A stretch of DNA of 64,000 nt, taken from assembly GCA_031409335.1 (NCBI GenBank), contig JANNWY010000170.1:140041-204040 (forward strand), given 5' to 3'. Shown here piece by piece: positions 27,915 through 37,280 of the stretch. Each line of letters opens with the position of its first letter. Position 1 is the first letter of the stretch. This DNA comes from Chthoniobacteraceae bacterium. Lineage in GTDB: Bacteria; Verrucomicrobiota; Verrucomicrobiia; Chthoniobacterales; Chthoniobacteraceae. A model generated the notes under the pieces. It had not been told where the DNA came from and searched no databases. It saw only the letters and a list, made by a program, of their open reading frames with translations. The position numbers were made by a program, and so were the translations under genes.

Positions 27915-29168
27915 GTGCCGCCCACTGTCCAACCTCGCCGATACCTTTGGGTGCTGCTTTGCATCATCGGTGGCGCGCTGCTCGCGATTGGAGCGTTCAA
28001 TTTCGTTGCCAACCCATTCCGTGTTTTTGGAATGCCGCTTTGCGCCGGGTTAAACGATCGCGCACCGGACCTCTCTGGCTTCGATCGCATGGCAAAGCCC
28101 TACGAACTGTTGCGCATCCTGCCCCGTACTGTGCTTCTAGGTTCTTCCACGGCTCGCGCCGGTTTCAACTCGTTTGCGGATTGGGATACATCGCTACCGC
28201 AGCCCGCCTATAACTACGCTCTCCTCGGGGCCAGTGCGCACGAGCTTAGGCTCTCGCTCGCACAGGCTCTGCGCGAGTGCCCGGTCGAGACGGTCGTGAT
28301 CGTCGCCGATTTCTTTGCATTCAATGCCCACTACTTGGACAATGAGCGATTCGAACCTGCGCGGCTAACGGCGGCCACGCGCCAATCCTGGCTCGGTTTT
28401 CGCAGTGCCGACCTTTTCGCGTTTACGATCGGGCGCGAGACCCTTGGATTGAGTTGGGAGACGCTCCGCGAATCTCACCAAGCAGGGGGGAGCGGTAGCC
28501 CCGCTCCCTCATGGCAGGGCTACCCATGGCGCGTTCATTTTCGCAACTGCGAACGCTCCTATCTCGTGAAGTGGTTTCCGCCGCCAGCCAGTAAGTATGA
28601 GTTCGCGTCCGCCCAGACAGGCGGAGACCGCCTCGCCGATTTTGATGCGATGCTGCAGATGTGTGCCGGGCGTGGAGTCCGGCTGATCGTTCTGTGCCCT
28701 CCCATTCATGCGCGATTGCATGAATCACTCAACGCGGCTGGAGCATGGACTCACTATGAATCATGGAAGCGTGAACTCGCCAGCCGCACCCGTGTTCAAC
28801 AGACTCAGCGCTCTGCGTTGGGGCGCGTTGAATTGTGGGATTTTAGTGTTTTCAATGAACTAACCTGCGAGCCACTCCCGGCGGATGCATCCGGTCCAAT
28901 GCTCTACTTTTTCGACAGCGCACACTTCACACCAGTGTTTGGGCGCTTGCTCCTTCACGAGGTTCTCGACGGCGCAAGTTCCCATCCTGCCCGCCTTGGT
29001 GTGCGTCTCGATCAAGTCGATATCGAAACCCATCTTACCAGTGTCCGCGCTGCGCTTCATGCTTTTGGCAAGGAAAATCCGGCAGTTGTTGCTGATGTCC
29101 ACTTGGCTTTGGGTATAGCGGAGTCATCTGGCACCGCACCTATGGCAATTTCCCCTGCCGATCGTTAG
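27915..29168 (+). CDS. SGNH-like periplasmic acyltransferase partner of the MBOAT
   Basis: N-terminal TM anchor, LLGSS nucleophile motif and FFDSAHF (DxxH); immediately follows the MBOAT gene. Confidence 0.7.
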   Translation: MPPTVQPRRYLWVLLCIIGGALLAIGAFNFVANPFRVFGMPLCAGLNDRAPDLSGFDRMAKPYELLRILPRTVLLGSSTARAGFNSFADWDTSLPQPAYNYALLGASAHELRLSLAQALRECPVETVVIVADFFAFNAHYLDNERFEPARLTAATRQSWLGFRSADLFAFTIGRETLGLSWETLRESHQAGGSGSPAPSWQGYPWRVHFRNCERSYLVKWFPPPASKYEFASAQTGGDRLADFDAMLQMCAGRGVRLIVLCPPIHARLHESLNAAGAWTHYESWKRELASRTRVQQTQRSALGRVELWDFSVFNELTCEPLPADASGPMLYFFDSAHFTPVFGRLLLHEVLDGASSHPARLGVRLDQVDIETHLTSVRAALHAFGKENPAVVADVHLALGIAESSGTAPMAISPADR

Positions 29169-29180
29169 AGTCGCGATTCT

Positions 29181-30395
29181 ATGCCTAGCCGGTTACTATT
29201 TGCCAGCCCATTGCTTGCCATGCCTCATCAGCACGGTGGGTGTGTCTATCCCGACGCGGTCCTCACTGCGCTCCACACCGCTGGCATGATGATCGACTAC
29301 GCATGGCTGGCGTGGCCACTCCGACGCGAGCGCGTCGCAATGCGCAACCCTTTGCAGGCTGATTACGTCGATCGCGGTCACATTCCGGGGACGCGACAGC
29401 TCGGCAGGTGGCGCGTCCGTGCACCGAGCGAATGGCGTGTGCGACCACCCAAGTCTTCGAATGGAGAATCTAGCTGGGAACTACTTCCGTCCGCGGAGGA
29501 ACAACAGTTCTTCCGGGAACTCGTTAACCGCACCAATCACCGCGCGGTGCTCATTGATTTCACCACGACGCTCGCGGTGCTTGATGCACTATTGCCAGAG
29601 GAGCGGGCCAAGCTCACGGTAGCAGTACTTACCCACAATGTGATTCATCGCCGCACGCAACTGTATTGCGAGCGCCGGTTGCCGCTTGATTTTCACCCAC
29701 TCGGACGAGCGGAAGAAGCAGAATTGCTTCGCCGTGCCGATGTGATTGTAGCCATTCAAGAGCGGGAGGCGGAGGAATTTCGCAGGATGGTCCCGGATCG
29801 CCAGGTAATCGTGGTGCCGATGCCAGTGGAATCCCGGCACCGAGTGGCGTCTCCGGATAGTATCCGCCGATGCATTTTTGTCGGTGGTTACACCGGACAC
29901 AACCTAGATGGCTTGCAGTGGTTTCTGGCCGAGGTGTGGCCTGGCGTGCTCGCTGCGTATCCCGACGCGGAATTTGATGTGGTGGGTACGGTTGGCAAGG
30001 CCGTTCCAGCGGGTGCGCGGCGCGTTCGTGTTCATGGGCCGTTGGAGGATTTAGCATCCGTGTACGCGGGTGCATCCGTGTGCCTTGTTCCATTGCGTTT
30101 TGGCACAGGTCTGAAGATCAAGCTGATCGAGGCTATGGCACATGGGCGTTCGGTCATTGCCACTACCGCAGGGGCCGAGGGTTTCCCCGAGCTGGAATGC
30201 GGAGAAGTGATCCCAGTAACGAAAAGTGCGGAGGAAATGGTAAAAGAGATCAACCAGTTGTTGGGAAACGGCAGCCTTCGTGCAGCGCAAATTGCCCGAC
30301 AGGACATGTGGTTAAAAAGTCGCTTCGCAGGTTCCGTCGCAGTGCGCCCGCTCTTGGATTTCTTCACGTCATGCGCGATTCCTCAACTCGCGTAG
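29181..30395 (+). CDS. GT4 glycosyltransferase
   Basis: NLDGLQWF, VPLRFGTGLKIKLIEAMAHG. Confidence 0.88.
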   Translation: MPSRLLFASPLLAMPHQHGGCVYPDAVLTALHTAGMMIDYAWLAWPLRRERVAMRNPLQADYVDRGHIPGTRQLGRWRVRAPSEWRVRPPKSSNGESSWELLPSAEEQQFFRELVNRTNHRAVLIDFTTTLAVLDALLPEERAKLTVAVLTHNVIHRRTQLYCERRLPLDFHPLGRAEEAELLRRADVIVAIQEREAEEFRRMVPDRQVIVVPMPVESRHRVASPDSIRRCIFVGGYTGHNLDGLQWFLAEVWPGVLAAYPDAEFDVVGTVGKAVPAGARRVRVHGPLEDLASVYAGASVCLVPLRFGTGLKIKLIEAMAHGRSVIATTAGAEGFPELECGEVIPVTKSAEEMVKEINQLLGNGSLRAAQIARQDMWLKSRFAGSVAVRPLLDFFTSCAIPQLA

Positions 30396-30499
30396 ATTCA
30401 ATGCATCGAACATTGCCGAACCGGACTCGAAACCAACTATTCTACGTTGATGATCTTTTACCGGCGATAGTAGCGTTCAATTTGTGACGTCGCCTTGCT

Positions 30500-31417
30500 T
30501 TGGTGGAGAAGCCAATCGTCAGTATTTGTGTCCCAGCGTATCGTGCTGAGCGTTATATTTCCGAAACGCTTGAGTCAGTTCGGGGCCAGAGTTTTACTGC
30601 TTGGGAACTCATCGTCACTGAGGATGGCTCGCGAGACCGAACCGAAGCAATTGTTGACTCTTTTAGCAGAACCGTTGCTCAGAAGGTTCGCTATGTTCGC
30701 CAGGAAATAAACCTTGGTCTCCCCGCGACCCGCAACGCTGGCATAACCTTAGCAGACGCTGAATGGATTGCATTGCTCGACAGTGACGATTTGTGGACCG
30801 TCGATCACCTTGAGAGTCTGGTACGCGCCACGCAGACAACTCCTGAAGCGGAACTTGTTCACTCGGGATCAATATTGTTCCAAAGCGAAACTGGTCGTGA
30901 TATCGACATTCGTGCGCCGTCGCCTGAACTTAGAGCGGTTTTTCCGCTGAGTTTGTTTGATGCGCGCTATATCATTCAACCGGCGTCCGTGTTGTTAAGA
31001 AAAGCGTTGTGGCTACGAGTCGGCGGATTTAATCCTGCATTTCGGTATGTCGAAGACCGCGAAATGTGGCTTCGATGCGTTCGTTCTGGAGCTGTCGTAA
31101 AGTATAGTGGAAGCAATACCTGCCGCTATCGCAAGCATTCTGGAGCGCTTTCCAATCATGCTGCCGAAATGGCGGAAGCATCCGCTGCGGTTTTCGATCA
31201 GCATCTGGATTGGGAAGCCATCCCGGAAGATGTCAGACTCCGGTCCAGCGCCGAGATGTGGGCATCTGCCGGGAAACTCCGACAGCGGAGCGAACCTCGC
31301 ATCGCAGCAAGGCACTTCCGCCGTGCTTGCTCGATTCAATTCAAGTGGGATTGGCGGGTTCGCTCGCTGATCCTTAATCTGGTGTCCTACGGTCGCCGGA
31401 AGACAAATGCTCTGTGA
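30500..31417 (+). CDS. GT2 glycosyltransferase
   Basis: VSICVPAY, EDGSRD, LLDSDD, EDREMW. Confidence 0.9.
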   Translation: MVEKPIVSICVPAYRAERYISETLESVRGQSFTAWELIVTEDGSRDRTEAIVDSFSRTVAQKVRYVRQEINLGLPATRNAGITLADAEWIALLDSDDLWTVDHLESLVRATQTTPEAELVHSGSILFQSETGRDIDIRAPSPELRAVFPLSLFDARYIIQPASVLLRKALWLRVGGFNPAFRYVEDREMWLRCVRSGAVVKYSGSNTCRYRKHSGALSNHAAEMAEASAAVFDQHLDWEAIPEDVRLRSSAEMWASAGKLRQRSEPRIAARHFRRACSIQFKWDWRVRSLILNLVSYGRRKTNAL

Positions 31418-31500
31418 GGTTCCTTCAGCGACGATGCAAGAAATGCTAAAGCGCAGGGCGAGTTGCCAGTCCTAGCCATTTGGTCCCACTTCTAGCGACC

Positions 31501-32658
31501 ATGCGGATTGCTCCATATACATCATTTATTCTCGATGCGCTGCGGCTCCTTGCCGCCGCCGGAGTTGTCTTTGCCCATTTGGACAATTCAGGGCTATTTC
31601 CGGGCGCGGCGGCGCTTCAGGCATACGGGGGTTGTTTCGTGGTCACTTTTTTTGTTCTCTCCGGCTATGTAATAGCGGCGACAACAAACCCAACCCGGGC
31701 AGATGGCTTTCGCTATTTTGCAACACGATTTGCCCGTCTTTGGACGGTTGCACTTCCGGCACTTCTTTTAGCGTTTTTGCTTCAAGAAATCGGAGGACGT
31801 GTTGCACCCGCATCCTTCGCTGAATTCGACAGGGGACATGCACCACTGCGCTATTTGCTAGCCGCGACTTTTTCCAATGAGTTCTGGTTCGTGAGCGCCG
31901 GCCCGCCAATGGTTCTCCCCGTCTGGTCGCTCGCGTATGAATTCTGGTTCTATGCGCTCTTTGGAATTGGTGTTTACATTCGTACGGTCAGGCTGCGTGC
32001 TTTGGCGATGTTGCTGACGGGCGTGGTAGCGGGGCCAAAAATTTTGGCGCTACTTCCGATTTGGTTGCTTGGGGTTGCGGCATGGAAAAGTGTCCAATAC
32101 CGGCACGTCTCTGAGAGGTGGGCTTTTACCATTCTAGGTTCTTCCGGTTCACTGCTGATCGGTTTGGTGATTGCACATCCCCGGTGGCCTGGGGGAATAG
32201 GCTTCGCTCCGTGGTTCTTCTCGGGCGCATGGTTTTCGGATTGGCTTTTTGGCATTGGAATTGCGGGCTTGATCGTTGGCTTTGATGCCCGACTCCATTC
32301 GTGCCCAGTACCGCCTCGGTTGAGCGCGGTCGTCAGGCGAGGTGCTGGCGTTAGTTTTTCGCTCTACCTTCTCCACTACCCGCTGATGGTATTCTGTGCT
32401 GCTCTGCTTCCTTATGACCGATCAAACGTGGTCCACGTAGCGGGCATCCTGGCACTGATATTTCTACTGGTTTACCTTTTTGGCTCAGTCTTCGAACCAC
32501 AACGCAAAACTTGGGCACCCCGCCTGGAGGCTATGATGCGCCTTCTGTGGCCGAGTTCGAGTTCTGTTGCGGCGCGGGTTACATCACCGCGTGCCACAGT
32601 CGCGGTGACTTCCATCGTTCCCGGCATACCGGAAAAGACACGGGATTCCCGGCAATGA
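31501..32658 (+). CDS. Acyltransferase-3 (OafA-like) membrane protein
   Basis: LDALR, FFVLSGY, RFARL, WSLAYE, SFSLYLLH. Confidence 0.9.
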   Translation: MRIAPYTSFILDALRLLAAAGVVFAHLDNSGLFPGAAALQAYGGCFVVTFFVLSGYVIAATTNPTRADGFRYFATRFARLWTVALPALLLAFLLQEIGGRVAPASFAEFDRGHAPLRYLLAATFSNEFWFVSAGPPMVLPVWSLAYEFWFYALFGIGVYIRTVRLRALAMLLTGVVAGPKILALLPIWLLGVAAWKSVQYRHVSERWAFTILGSSGSLLIGLVIAHPRWPGGIGFAPWFFSGAWFSDWLFGIGIAGLIVGFDARLHSCPVPPRLSAVVRRGAGVSFSLYLLHYPLMVFCAALLPYDRSNVVHVAGILALIFLLVYLFGSVFEPQRKTWAPRLEAMMRLLWPSSSSVAARVTSPRATVAVTSIVPGIPEKTRDSRQ

Positions 32659-33755
32659 CTTTCCTCTTTTATGTTCCTCAAATGGCGGAATATGGCGGAA
32701 TGGAACGGCACGTCTGCCTCCTGGCAAATCTACTTTCGTCAATGCGTCATTCGGTTGTGATGGTGACGACCAGCAATTCCTTGAATCAAGTGGACCGCGC
32801 GTCATTGCGGGCAACGGGGGTCGAACTCCGCGAAATGCCCGTCGCGCGGGGTAGAGCATCGAAAGCCCGCAAACTCGCGTGGTTGACACTCAATGTTATA
32901 TCTTTGAGAGCAAGATCCTGGGACGTGATATGCAGCAACGGTCAAAGCTCACTCGCGCGCATTTCATGGCTTGCGGCGAATGGAAAGACCCGGATCGTCC
33001 ATCATCATCATACCGCGAGTAGTCCCGATGAGCTGAAAACGTGGCATCCAGCTTTCCGCCGCGCAATGGTCGCGTCACCGGAAATCGTGGCGTGTAGTGA
33101 TTCAACCCGCGGCAATCTCGAAAAAGCATTGGAACGAAGGGACGTAGTATATTTGCCTTATCTCACCTCAGAGATATGCTCTTCGTCTGCGGTAAAAGAA
33201 AAAAGCCATGAACCAGGCTCAAAGCTTCACTTTGGTTTCGTGGGACGGCTTGTCTCAACAAAAGGAATCGAAACGATTTGTAGGTTAAGTGGTGAGCCAA
33301 TGCTCGCAGGAATCCGCTGGCATATACATGGGAGCGGAGAAGGCTACCCCAAGTCATATTTCGATGCCGTTCCTAATGTCCGTTTCCATGGTCCATACTC
33401 TGGCAATTCAGAATGCGCTGCAGTTCTACAAACCCTTGATGCTTTGGTGCTCTTTTCCCGACACAACGAAGGAATGCCATTGAGCATCATCGAAGCGATG
33501 GCAGTGGGGCTTCCTTGGATCGCAACAGACCAGGGTGGAACACGGGAATTGGCCATCGTTTCGGAAAATACAGAGATTGTTCCGGCGCAGGCTTCTTTTG
33601 ATGAGATCAAGACAAGCGCGCTTGCGTTCGCCACCCGGATTCGAACTGGCAAAACTTCGCGCGTCATCCAGAGGCGTGCCTACGACGAACATTTTGCGCC
33701 GGAAATCGTCGCAAACCGCTGGATGCAGTTTCTAGGCTGTCCTCGAACCGCATAA
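32655..33755 (+). CDS. GT4 glycosyltransferase
   Basis: GGMERH, FVGRLVSTKG, EGMPLSIIEAM; ATG overlaps the upstream stop. Confidence 0.9.
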   Translation: MTFLFYVPQMAEYGGMERHVCLLANLLSSMRHSVVMVTTSNSLNQVDRASLRATGVELREMPVARGRASKARKLAWLTLNVISLRARSWDVICSNGQSSLARISWLAANGKTRIVHHHHTASSPDELKTWHPAFRRAMVASPEIVACSDSTRGNLEKALERRDVVYLPYLTSEICSSSAVKEKSHEPGSKLHFGFVGRLVSTKGIETICRLSGEPMLAGIRWHIHGSGEGYPKSYFDAVPNVRFHGPYSGNSECAAVLQTLDALVLFSRHNEGMPLSIIEAMAVGLPWIATDQGGTRELAIVSENTEIVPAQASFDEIKTSALAFATRIRTGKTSRVIQRRAYDEHFAPEIVANRWMQFLGCPRTA

Positions 33756-33762
33756 GCTCGTC

Positions 33763-34044
33763 ATGATCATCCTCTCGCGTCCGACATCCAGTACGAATGT
33801 CCGGCGGGCTGCTGCTGCACTTTTCGAGGAACTTCTTCCGGCAACCGAGTGGATACAGCTCAATTGTTCCAATTCGTTCAGCCTAAGTATTCGCTATACG
33901 CCTTGGAAACACTGCCAGCGAACCCGACACACTGTTGGCTTCTTGGCGCACACACTCATAGGGCAGAGTTACCTGAAGAAGATATCCCAAGCCGTCCGTG
34001 AAGCCATTCATCAGCCCGAATGGGTTCCGGTTGGAACGGAATGA
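33763..34044 (+). pseudogene. Probable internally deleted glycosyltransferase remnant
   Basis: 93-aa ORF in an operonic slot. The N-terminus MIILSRPTSSTNVRRAAAAL and the tail SYLKKISQAVREAI look like the two ends of a GT4, with no core between them. Recognised from memory of such proteins. Confidence 0.4.
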
Positions 34045-34077
34045 AGCAAGCTTGGGCTTCTGCGATCTCCCATCAGT

Positions 34078-35496
34078 ATGAATTCAAAGCCGAATGCCGT
34101 CGTAAATTCGCCAGGCATCCGTGTGTTGATTTGGTCGTATCTATTCCTGTTGATGTTCGAAGGTGTCCTTCGCAAATGGGTGCTACCTGAATTGTCAGAC
34201 GTGCTCCTCATTGTCCGCGATCCCTTTGTCCTGCTTATCTACGCCATTGCGCTCAGTCGGGGGATATTTCCGTTTAATGGGTATGTCGCTTCTCTGCTAA
34301 TGATCGGGTTGGCTTCCGTAGCGACGGGCATGACGGTTGGTTCACAGAATCTGCTGGTCACCGGATACGGATTCGACGCGATGTTTTTCCATCTTCCGAT
34401 GATTTTTATTTTTCCAAAAGTAATGACGCGGGTTGACGTACTAAAAATCGGGCGCTGGATACTGTTGCTAACCTTCCCGATGGCAGTGTTGATGGTGATT
34501 CAATTTCGATCACCGCCCGACGCATTAGTTAACTGTGGTGCCAGCGGTGGCCTTGGTGCTCAAATCGGAGGTGCTCTGGGGAAGATTCGTCCGCCAGGTT
34601 TCTTTACCTTCATTACGGGCGCAGCTCAATTTCTTGCTTTGGCGTCGGTATTTTTGATTTTCGGCCTTTGGAAGAAAGCGACATACTCCCGGTTTCTTCT
34701 GATTGCGGCGGGCGTAGCGGTCGGAATCGCTGCCATTGTATCAACTTCAAGACTGGCTTTAGGTGGTATTGGAACGGTCCTCATTATGGTTGGAGTTATT
34801 CTCATGTATGATAGAAGGGGCGTCAGCAATGCTCTCGGAATGTTGATCCCGCTTGGCCTGATTCTCGTGGTGGTCACAAACCTTGATGTGTTTAATGAAG
34901 GTCGAGAGGTGTTTGAAGCTAGGCTTCAAGAAACTGGGGACATGAAAACCAGTGTTATTCGGACCGCCTCCAACTGGACGATACGGGTATTCGGCGACGT
35001 GTATGGAGGCATGCTCGCGATACAAAACGCACCATTGTTTGGAGCCGGATTGGGGGTTGGAACAAACGTCGGTGCACGACTCTTGTCGGGCAGTCTGGGA
35101 TTCCTCCTCGCGGAGGGAGAGTGGGCTCGGGTGGTGCTGGAACTGGGGCCTTTGCTTGCGCTGCCGTACCTCCTGACCCGTGTGCTGATTTGTTTCGCTC
35201 TCTATTCCGCGGCAGCAAGAAGTGCCCGCGGAGGAAATGCATTGCCGATGCTCCTGTTTGGAGCGTGCGCCCTATTGGTGCTCATTGGCCAATTTAGTCA
35301 GGCAAGTACTTTAGGATTTGCGGTAGTTGGAGCGGGCCTGTGCCTTGCTGCGACGAATCTTGCCACAAGTGCCGGCTTCCAAGGCGGGGAACTCGCGGTC
35401 GATATGCAAACCCACAAATTGACAGCGGAGAGGCCGAAAGGTCGTTCCCGTTATGCGGCGACCCTTCATCAGAGCCACCCTTCTGGCAATGAATAG
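34078..35496 (+). CDS. Wzy/O-antigen-ligase-like polytopic membrane protein (putative polymerase)
   Basis: About 11 TM segments; RPPGFF, STSR and a periplasmic loop with FGAGLGVG. Confidence 0.7.
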   Translation: MNSKPNAVVNSPGIRVLIWSYLFLLMFEGVLRKWVLPELSDVLLIVRDPFVLLIYAIALSRGIFPFNGYVASLLMIGLASVATGMTVGSQNLLVTGYGFDAMFFHLPMIFIFPKVMTRVDVLKIGRWILLLTFPMAVLMVIQFRSPPDALVNCGASGGLGAQIGGALGKIRPPGFFTFITGAAQFLALASVFLIFGLWKKATYSRFLLIAAGVAVGIAAIVSTSRLALGGIGTVLIMVGVILMYDRRGVSNALGMLIPLGLILVVVTNLDVFNEGREVFEARLQETGDMKTSVIRTASNWTIRVFGDVYGGMLAIQNAPLFGAGLGVGTNVGARLLSGSLGFLLAEGEWARVVLELGPLLALPYLLTRVLICFALYSAAARSARGGNALPMLLFGACALLVLIGQFSQASTLGFAVVGAGLCLAATNLATSAGFQGGELAVDMQTHKLTAERPKGRSRYAATLHQSHPSGNE

Positions 35497-36658
35497 CCAA
35501 TCTCAAGACATGGGCATTCAAGCAGATGGTAAGTTGCGCATCAATTTGGTACTAGGACACCAATTGCCCTTCCCACCAAGAGAAGGAGGCGGAGTGAACA
35601 ATTTGCTCTGGATGTTAGCGCGACAATTTAGCAAATGTGGCCACAAGGTTTCGGTTTGTTCACCAAGCGCATCCTTGTTGGCGGAGGACGCAATTGACAG
35701 CTTTGGAATCAGGCATATTCGGTGCGCAGGAAGTGGATTGAAGAAAGGCCGGTGGCGCGACAACCTTTCGGGCATCCCCTATGCGCGGAGGGTTTGGAAC
35801 AGACTCCCGAACGCGGATGTAACCTCATTTCATGCACCATTTTCATTTTTGCTTCGGCACAAAGCGGGAATCGGAGTCACCACACATACGATCCATCGGA
35901 CTCCGAAATGGATTGTGAAATTGTACGGAAGAATGGACCGGATCTATGCCGGAAGCCGGGCAACGGTGGCCGAGGCAATCTCGATCGCTCCAGAACTCCG
36001 TCCGCGCCTGAAGGCGGTCCACAATTGCATCGAGTGTGTTGAAATGAATGGAGTCGGTGTCCGCGAGCCGTCCCGCGACTGTTCGTTTATTTATGTCGGT
36101 CGTTTTGTGCCAGATAAAGGCCTCGCCTCGTTGATTGGGGGCAGCATCAATGCACTCAAGTCAGGATGCCGATTGACCGTCACAACGATTGGTCCTCAGA
36201 GTGATGACGATGGAGCCGATTCGTCCTTCTTTCAGAGCATGTTGACATTGGTTCGCGACGCTGGAGCTGCCGACAAGATCATTTTCCGTCGGCCCATCAA
36301 GGATCGCGACGAACTGTTCGGTGCTATCGACCAGCACGATATCTTTTGCTTGCCGTCATTGTCTGGGGAGACGTTTAGCGTGGCGGCTTTGGAGGCGATG
36401 GCTCGGGCAAAACCGCTGCTCACATCCGACTATGGACCGATGCCGGAAATGGTGACAGAAGGGGTCAACGGTTTTATTGCGCGCGCGGGTGATCGTGATG
36501 CGTGGACCGATGCTATTTCCCTCGTGTGCAATCGTAGGGAGTCTCTTCCCGAAATGGGCTGGCAGTCATATCTAAAGGCACGCAATGAATTTAGTGTCGA
36601 GCGAATCGCCGAGGAATATATCGCAGATTTTCGCGAACTAATAGCGAAGCGCGCATAG
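35489..36658 (+). CDS. GT4 glycosyltransferase
   Basis: YVGRFVPDKG, ETFSVAALEAMA. Confidence 0.9.
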   Translation: MNSQSQDMGIQADGKLRINLVLGHQLPFPPREGGGVNNLLWMLARQFSKCGHKVSVCSPSASLLAEDAIDSFGIRHIRCAGSGLKKGRWRDNLSGIPYARRVWNRLPNADVTSFHAPFSFLLRHKAGIGVTTHTIHRTPKWIVKLYGRMDRIYAGSRATVAEAISIAPELRPRLKAVHNCIECVEMNGVGVREPSRDCSFIYVGRFVPDKGLASLIGGSINALKSGCRLTVTTIGPQSDDDGADSSFFQSMLTLVRDAGAADKIIFRRPIKDRDELFGAIDQHDIFCLPSLSGETFSVAALEAMARAKPLLTSDYGPMPEMVTEGVNGFIARAGDRDAWTDAISLVCNRRESLPEMGWQSYLKARNEFSVERIAEEYIADFRELIAKRA

Positions 36659-36659
36659 T

Positions 36660-37229
36660 ATGATGCAAGCCTTTGACAGGCCCGGATCACTCGGCACACC
36701 AAAGCCACGCTCGCCGTGGACATTCAAAGAGCGACTCAAGATGCTTTCATGGGAGTATTGTTGGGCATGTTTTTGTTCGTGGACGCCGAAACCGCTCAAC
36801 CGGTGGCGATTGTTCTGGCTGAGGCTCTATGGGGCAAAAGTGCATGGAGTTCCGTTTGTTCACCAACGAGCCCGCATTCAGGTGCCGTGGAATATTACAT
36901 TCCACGACATGAGTTGTGTAGGCGATCGAACGAACCTCTACAGCCTTGGCCCAATAGAAATTGGGGAAGGTGCGGTAATCGCGCAGGAAGCGTATCTGTG
37001 TACCGGTTCGCACCGCTTTGACGAACCGGGTTTGCCACTAACGGTGGAAAAAATTACTATTGGTGCCCGTGCTTTCATTGGCGCGCGTGTTTTTATATTG
37101 CCCGGAGTCACGATTGGCCATGGTGCGATTGTTGGAGCGGGCGCGGTGGTCTCGCGCGACGTGGACGCCCATTCGATCAACGCGGGAAATCCATGCAAGC
37201 GCATTGGCTCGCGTCCCTTGCCGCACTAG
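36660..37229 (+). CDS. wcaF: WcaF-like polysaccharide acetyltransferase
   Basis: WRLFWLRLYGAK, VPWNI, LCTGSH and hexapeptide repeats. Confidence 0.85.
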   Translation: MMQAFDRPGSLGTPKPRSPWTFKERLKMLSWEYCWACFCSWTPKPLNRWRLFWLRLYGAKVHGVPFVHQRARIQVPWNITFHDMSCVGDRTNLYSLGPIEIGEGAVIAQEAYLCTGSHRFDEPGLPLTVEKITIGARAFIGARVFILPGVTIGHGAIVGAGAVVSRDVDAHSINAGNPCKRIGSRPLPH

Positions 37230-37280
37230 CAAGATGCAACCAGAGATATCCACAAACGCCCCGAAGGTAGGAACCAAGCA

